DNA of 57,688 nt, filler included, from Deltaproteobacteria bacterium (GTDB taxonomy: Bacteria; CG2-30-53-67), in NCBI GenBank assembly GCA_013151235.1. It is 3 parts of 3 records of this genome, joined end to end, with 100 filler letters (N's around TTAATTAATTAA, not from the genome) between each part and the next. Parts side by side here need not be neighbours in the genome. Positions count along the whole stretch, not along the records: positions 37,858 to 57,688 come from JAADIO010000007.1; 2 more parts are not named here. One strand, 5' to 3'. A program made the position numbers and the translations under genes. Positions 57,312-57,688 of the stretch are shown here, one piece after another. Below the pieces are notes generated by a model. That model made no database searches. It was not told where the DNA came from and saw nothing but the letters and a program-made list of their open reading frames with translations. Position 1 is the stretch's first letter, and every line of letters starts with the position of its first letter.

Positions 57312-57688
57312 ATGAAAACCAAGACCGTCTATCTGAAAAATTTCGGTTGCCAGATGAACAATGCCGATGCGGAACAGCTCCTCGGCGTTCTGCACCGGGT
57401 CGGCTACCGGTCGGCGGACCGGCCGGAGGGGGCCGATCTGATCTTGCTGAACACCTGTGCGATTCGCGAGAAGGCGGAGCAGAAGGTATTCAGCGATCTC
57501 GGCAGGCTGAAAATTTTCAAGGCGAGGGATCCGGGGGTTCTGATCGGGGTTCTCGGCTGCGTGGCCCAGGCCGAAGGGGAGAAGATCCTTGGCCGGGAAC
57601 CGGCAGTTGATTTTGTCGTCGGTACCCGGGGGATGGCGGAACTTCCGGAGATCATCCGCAAGGCGGAAGCGGGGGAGAAGAGTCTCTT
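57312..57688 (+). CDS. miaB: tRNA methylthiotransferase MiaB (runs off the window)
   Basis: Manual translation MKTKTVYLKNFGCQMN..D.E; ADLILLNTCAIREKAEQKV; GVLGCVAQ. Confidence 0.92.
   Translation, partial: MKTKTVYLKNFGCQMNNADAEQLLGVLHRVGYRSADRPEGADLILLNTCAIREKAEQKVFSDLGRLKIFKARDPGVLIGVLGCVAQAEGEKILGREPAVDFVVGTRGMAELPEIIRKAEAGEKSL

Noticed and set aside
57296-57661. 104-aa (+) and 85-aa (-) ORFs at the window end
   Set aside because: Alternative frames over miaB, which starts at 57312

Overview
Bacterial draft or metagenome-assembled sequence, about 55% GC by eye. Gene content resembles Desulfobacterota/deltaproteobacteria or Nitrospirota, and the organism may be marine. Two artificial 100-nt spacers (N44-TTAATTAATTAA-N44 at 20375-20474 and 37758-37857) split the window into three contigs whose adjacency is not established. 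Contig 1 (1-20374) begins with a minus-strand operon of three secreted proteins: a C-terminally anchored FN3/PKD/TSP3 protein, a tiny FN3 protein and a beta-helix protein. The operon sits behind sigma54 and sigma70 promoters and two tandem GEMM-I riboswitches, one G20 (c-di-GMP type) and one A20 (3',3'-cGAMP type). PEP-CTERM-locus genes (deacetylase, prsK), an NCS2 permease, a TIGR03960 radical SAM gene, rng and a sigma54 two-component pair follow. Contig 2 is a flagellar/chemotaxis region: flgE, motAB, fliLMNOPQR, flhBAFG, fliA, a HEAT-repeat gene, cheR and two cheY-like genes. Contig 3 carries dxs, tlyA, a frameshifted family-4 UDG, an unusual class III nucleotide cyclase, a glycosylation operon, two type IV pilins, a vapC remnant and the start of miaB. 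The glycosylation operon comprises a polyprenol-P GT2, wzx, glf, further GTs and two TMTC-like GT-C/TPR proteins. The three best candidates for novelty are (1) a dual cyclic-dinucleotide riboswitch logic gate, (2) a putative split-FN3 donor-strand surface filament controlled by that gate, and (3) a putative TMTC-type, galactofuranose-using pilin glycosylation system.
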